Assembly: GCF_964204645.1 (NCBI RefSeq)
Contig: NC_134026.1
Location: forward strand, 16,960,150-17,024,149
Direction: 5' to 3'
DNA from: Tubulanus polymorphus
Lineage: Eukaryota > Animalia > Nemertea
DNA: 64,000 bases
Shown here: positions 59,784 to 64,000 of the stretch, one piece after another
Numbering within the stretch: the first letter of the stretch is position 1
How the letters are laid out: the number at the start of each line of letters is the position of its first letter
Notes under the pieces: generated by a model
Databases searched by the model: none
Seen by the model: only the letters and a program-made list of their open reading frames with translations
What the model was told of the DNA's origin: nothing
Translations under genes and position numbers: made by a program

Positions 59784-61684
59784 CACAGGGGTTTGGCGAT
59801 GGGCTTGGATTTTATTTCCGGGTTGTTGATAATCTCGCGAGAATGGCGCTAAATATGAACGAGTAAATTCAAAATATCACGGAAGTACCTTGTGTTTATA
59901 TTGTTTATTTATCCGCTATAAAGTTTCGATAAACAATTGGTCGTTAAGAATCATTATCAGACGGTCGCCACGCTACTATATAAAATAACAAGGGATGAAA
60001 CGCAGTTCAAGTCGTGCCAGCCAGAAAGTTGGGACAGTCACGTGACTTAACGCTTCTTATTTGACTGAATGCAAACCCGAAGCATCTAAGACGGAAACTA
60101 TGATACGAAAAATATTTGAGAATAACTTACATTCAAATGCATTTTTAGCCCACTTGGGACTTTAGTCCCAGCGGGCTATTGCGTTCACTTTTCGTCCGTC
60201 CGTCCGTTCAACCGTCCGTCCGTCCGTAGACGGAATCCAGTTATTTTGGGAAGTTTTGAAGACGCTTCAAGGTAATGTCTTGATATTTGGGTTACACATG
60301 TATCTACCCTAGACACATCTTCAGCCCAAAAACTGGCCCTGTCAGAATCAAGATGGCCGACTGGCAGCCATTGTTGTTCACCAAATCAGCACTTTTTACA
60401 CATTTTTGAACTTTTTGAAGGAAATTTTGAAGACGCTTCGATCAATTACCTTGATCTTTCGGATATATGTGAATCCCCCCAGGGCCCATCAACATAACAA
60501 AAATTGGGTCGGTCGGACTCAAGATGGCCGTCCTAGACCTTTTTAGTGTCCAAAAATGTTAATTTTGGCCCGAATTCTGAGTCGTGTAGCTTCCTACTGG
60601 TTTGCCATTTTTCATTACAATTTGTGATGGGTATTCTTTGGAAAGGGATGTTTTATACCTGAGACAGGTATTTTTCATCAGCCAATTATGACGCAATTGG
60701 CGGCCATCTTGGTGTCACCAGTACTCATTCGTAAGTTGGAAAAAGTTTTTCCACATTATATTGATACCTAAGCGTATTTTGCTACCACAATCAATTAGAA
60801 AGTTGTAGCTCATAACGTGTTCTATGATTGTGGTGAGTTTCAAGGTAATTGGATTTCGTATATGGCCACCAGGGGGCGTTGAATAATACAATATCTTAGC
60901 ATTTCTTTATTATATTCGTATCAATGCATATTTTGTAACCACAATCAATTGGAAAGTTGTAGCTCATGACATCATCTATGATTGTTGCGAGTTTTAAGGA
61001 CATAAGTTTTTCTATATGGTCACCAGGGGGCGTTGAATAGTTGAATAACTTAGTATTTCCTTATTGGTACCTAGGCATATTTTTGTTACCATGATTAATT
61101 GCAAAGTTGTAGTTCGTGACATATTCTATGATTGTGGTGAGTTTCGAGGTCATTGGGTTTTGGATATGGTCACCAGGGGGCGTTGAATAGTAGAATGACT
61201 TAGTATTTCCATATTAAATTGGTAACGAGGCATATTTTGTTATCACAATCAATTACAAAATCGTAGCTGCTGACATGTTCTATGATTTTGGTGAGTTTCA
61301 AGGTCATTGGATTCTGTATATGGTCACCAGGGGGCGTTGAATATTGAGATTGTTGAGCATTTGAAACCACTTCCCAAGTGGGCATGGTGTCCCTGGACCC
61401 CTAGTTTGACTATGAATTATATATTTCATCATAATTTATTCTGTATAAGTTATTTATTTCATATGAATCATAATCTGACAATTGATATCGGTCTGTGAAT
61501 ATGTTAACTTTTCATGTTGAAGTTTTAAATGCGATGACGTCATCAGAATGTCACGTAACTCTAATATAAACACAAGGTATTTCCGTGATATTTTGAATTT
61601 ATTCGCAGTTCATATTTAGCGCCATTCTCGCAAGATTATCAACAACCCGGAAATAAAATCCAAGCCCATCGCCAAACCCCTGTG
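59784..61684. mobile_element. Long-TIR MITE with 8-bp TSD (P- or hAT-like), containing a nested HINE
   Basis: GATAAACT|CACAGGGGTTTGGCGATGGGCTTGG ... CCAAGCCCATCGCCAAACCCCTGTG|GATAAACT; TIRs ~120 bp. Confidence 0.9.
60142..61407 (+). mobile_element. Full-length HINE family-1 copy
   Basis: Near-identical to 13703-14957, with a longer (tccg)n tract and four ~154-bp units. Confidence 0.85.
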
Positions 61685-62782
61685 GATAAACTACCATCGT
61701 AAATGTTGAGTTGTACGCAACCGTACAACTATACCGATGCGTGCCCTCTTTCATCGATCCGATGACCTCACTGTTGCAAGTCTTCTATAGGCCTATAACA
61801 CACAGTATAATTAATAATCGGCCCTCCGGTAAGATGCCATGTAAAACTTTTTCATGAAGATGGCACCGACAGCCGCGCAGAAACGAATTACAAAGCAATA
61901 AATGTAGAACCGGAGATACGTGACTATTCTAGGAAGAATAAATATCTATCAACAATGCATCCTATTGGTTGATAAAAATAACCGCTCGGCGCAGTGTGGA
62001 CAGACGAGAGAATTTGCGGGCGATCCGATCGCCGGAGCAAATAATCGGGCGAAAATATCTAACATGTAGAGTAGAATGGAATAGAACTTCATTGAAGCTA
62101 AGGTCCCACGATGTAATATGTTACGAGCGATACGTAAGAGCAATTTTTTGGGCGATTCATAAATTCGCCGCGAATTTATGAATAATACGCTCCCTACCTT
62201 AAGGCGCGTTCAGCATGTGTGTTTATGAAACGACAAGTGTTTAATATCATATCAGTGGAACCTCCATACAACGAACTTCATCGGACCAGACATTATGTTC
62301 GTTATAACCGATGGTTCGTTGTATCCTGAAATTAATCGTCTTACTTTGGTCGAAATTCCAAGTTTGTTATATCCGATGAATCGTTGTATCAGAGTACGAA
62401 GGAGGTTCGTGGTATGTACCATAATTGTGTGTCCTAGCTTACGATGCTTTCCGTTGATGCGCCCCGATGTTTGCCATGAGGCGCATTTGTTTGAAATCGG
62501 TTTGTACTGGTTTAGACCACACAATGAAATACCCGAGTTTCTCATCAGATTTTTTTCTGAAAAGTGACGAGGGCGGGCGAATTTTATTTTGATTGCTTTT
62601 TTAAATAAAAAAACTTGGAATAAAAAGCTCAACCTTAGACTTATAGAACAGAAGTTTTTAGAACTTATAGAACAGGGAAGTTTTTTAACCAATGCCAAAC
62701 AAATATCAGTAGCTAGTAGCCGTGTTAACCTGGTTTAAAATAAGTAACGAGACGAGTAGTACTATGTAGGTTAACTATTTAT

Positions 62783-62844
62783 TTGACGCACGAGCTTTCG
62801 CTTCTAATGTATAGAAGCTTCATCAGGTGAATGAGTATAGTCAA
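62783..62844 (-). ncRNA. Minimal type I hammerhead ribozyme of the Penelope-like element
   Basis: Minus strand: ttgac...cac-CTGATGA-a-[gcttcta tacat tagaagc]-GAAA-gc-TC-gtg-c-gtcaa; intact core, palindromic AGCT in place of stem III. Confidence 0.85.
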
Positions 62845-63121
62845 TAGAAAAACAACAGTATTGATAGGTGGACTGACACTAATTACAGAGAACTGAGTGA
62901 GAAGAGTAATTACAAATGAATGATGAGTGACATGATAATTAATAACTAAGTGAGTCCGTAGATAATTGATTAATAAGAGAACAACAAACTAAAACAAATC
63001 AAAGAGAAATAAATCAAAATGAAACTATATCAAAGTGAAATAAACAGATAGTATCTAGATCAACGAATAACCAGAAATGGAAGTCCGAGATAAGTCCAGA
63101 TACAATGAATAACAAACGAAA

Positions 63122-63470
63122 TTACGTTCTGTGGTGGGACATGAATCCTAGATCGCGATTGAGGCCAAGATTAACAGTATCACCGCGTTGAATAAGTTTT
63201 TGTTCCATGATTTCGCGCGAATGCTTATTAGAAGTGTTCATTTTATGTAACGCGGTCACTTTTCGGTTACTGATGGTGTGGTTCGGAAGATTGAAATGTT
63301 CCCCGATAGGTTTATCCATTTTCTTGTGTCCGATATCAAATTTGTGACCGTTCAAGCGTTGACGTAATGTTTGTCCAGTTTCTCCGATGTAGATGGTTCC
63401 AGGGCAGATATCGCACGTGATGGCATAAACAACGTTGGTGGAGTCGCATGTGTAGGGTCCAGTGACTTCA
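63122..63470 (-). pseudogene. 5'-truncated Penelope GIY-YIG endonuclease domain
   Basis: TC.S.NVVYAITC..C....YIGETGQTLRQRLNGH...EHF....H...REIME..LI......GLNRD; no RT domain upstream in this copy. Confidence 0.9.
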
Positions 63471-63806
63471 AGTTGTTTGGTCGACCAGAAACAGAAACCA
63501 CCACAGTACACTAGCTGATACCGAAAACACGCCTCACACACAGATCATCAGTTCAGGCACCACAGACACCACACCAAGTGACAATAGCAGACTACATGTA
63601 CCCGCACTCAAGACTCAACCCACTCAATAACTAAGTAAGTCCGTAGATAATTGATTCATAAGAGAACAAGAAACTAAAACAAATCAAAGAGAAATAAATC
63701 AAAATGAAACTATATCGAAGTAAAATAAACAGATGTATCTAAGAGCAACGAATAACAAGAAATGGAAGTCCGAGATAAGTCCAGATACAATGAATAACAA
63801 ACGAAA

Positions 63807-64000
63807 TTACGTTCTGTAGTGGGACATGAATCCTAGATCGCGATTGAGGCCAAGATTAACAGTATCACCGCGTTGAATAAGTTTTTGTTCCATGATTTCG
63901 CGCGAGTGCTTATTAGAAGTGTTCATTTTATGTAACGCGGTCACTTTTCGGTTACTGGTGGTGTGGTTCGGAATATTGAAATGTTCGCTGATAGGTTTAT
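63807..64000 (-). CDS. Second copy of the Penelope endonuclease C-terminus, continuing beyond the window
   Basis: KPISEHFNIPNHTTSNRKV...GLNRDLGFMSHYRT*, open in frame. Confidence 0.75.
   Translation of the reverse strand, partial: KPISEHFNIPNHTTSNRKVTALHKMNTSNKHSREIMEQKLIQRGDTVNLGLNRDLGFMSHYRT

Larger units (their letters stand above)
62778..64000 (-). mobile_element. Penelope-like retroelement: tandem 3' fragments
   Basis: GIY-YIG ORF; ~375-bp direct repeat (62941-63315 vs 63626-64000); hammerhead and AATAAA at the 3' end. Confidence 0.9.

Noticed and set aside
96-62698. Most ORF-track entries as genes
   Set aside because: Short, often non-ATG, frequently inside repeats or microsatellites, with no recognisable domains. 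Only 31144, 44237 and 63122 carry real coding frames.

Overview
AT-rich eukaryotic (metazoan, invertebrate-like) genomic DNA, not prokaryotic. The window holds the 3' part of one intron-rich + strand gene, the Ssdp/SSBP2-3-4 orthologue (LDB1/Chip cofactor). I rebuilt it by eye from short exons between 1744 and the stop at 52990; the N-terminal LUFS-domain exons lie upstream of the window. Notable gene features: two tandem-duplicated symmetric exons (41004-41069, 41564-41614), further candidate cassette microexons, a GC-AG intron and a candidate alternative last exon. Introns and flanks are packed with non-autonomous elements: Helentron-type HINEs with ~154-bp internal arrays, and piggyBac-, pogo/Tc1-, Harbinger-, hAT- and P-like MITEs, several nested. 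The right end holds tandem 3' fragments of a Penelope-like retroelement (GIY-YIG endonuclease) with a minimal hammerhead ribozyme; a second, CpG-decayed hammerhead lies downstream of the Ssdp stop. Most ORF-track entries are spurious. I cannot demonstrate a wholly new biological system. All calls are from manual reading, with no database searches.
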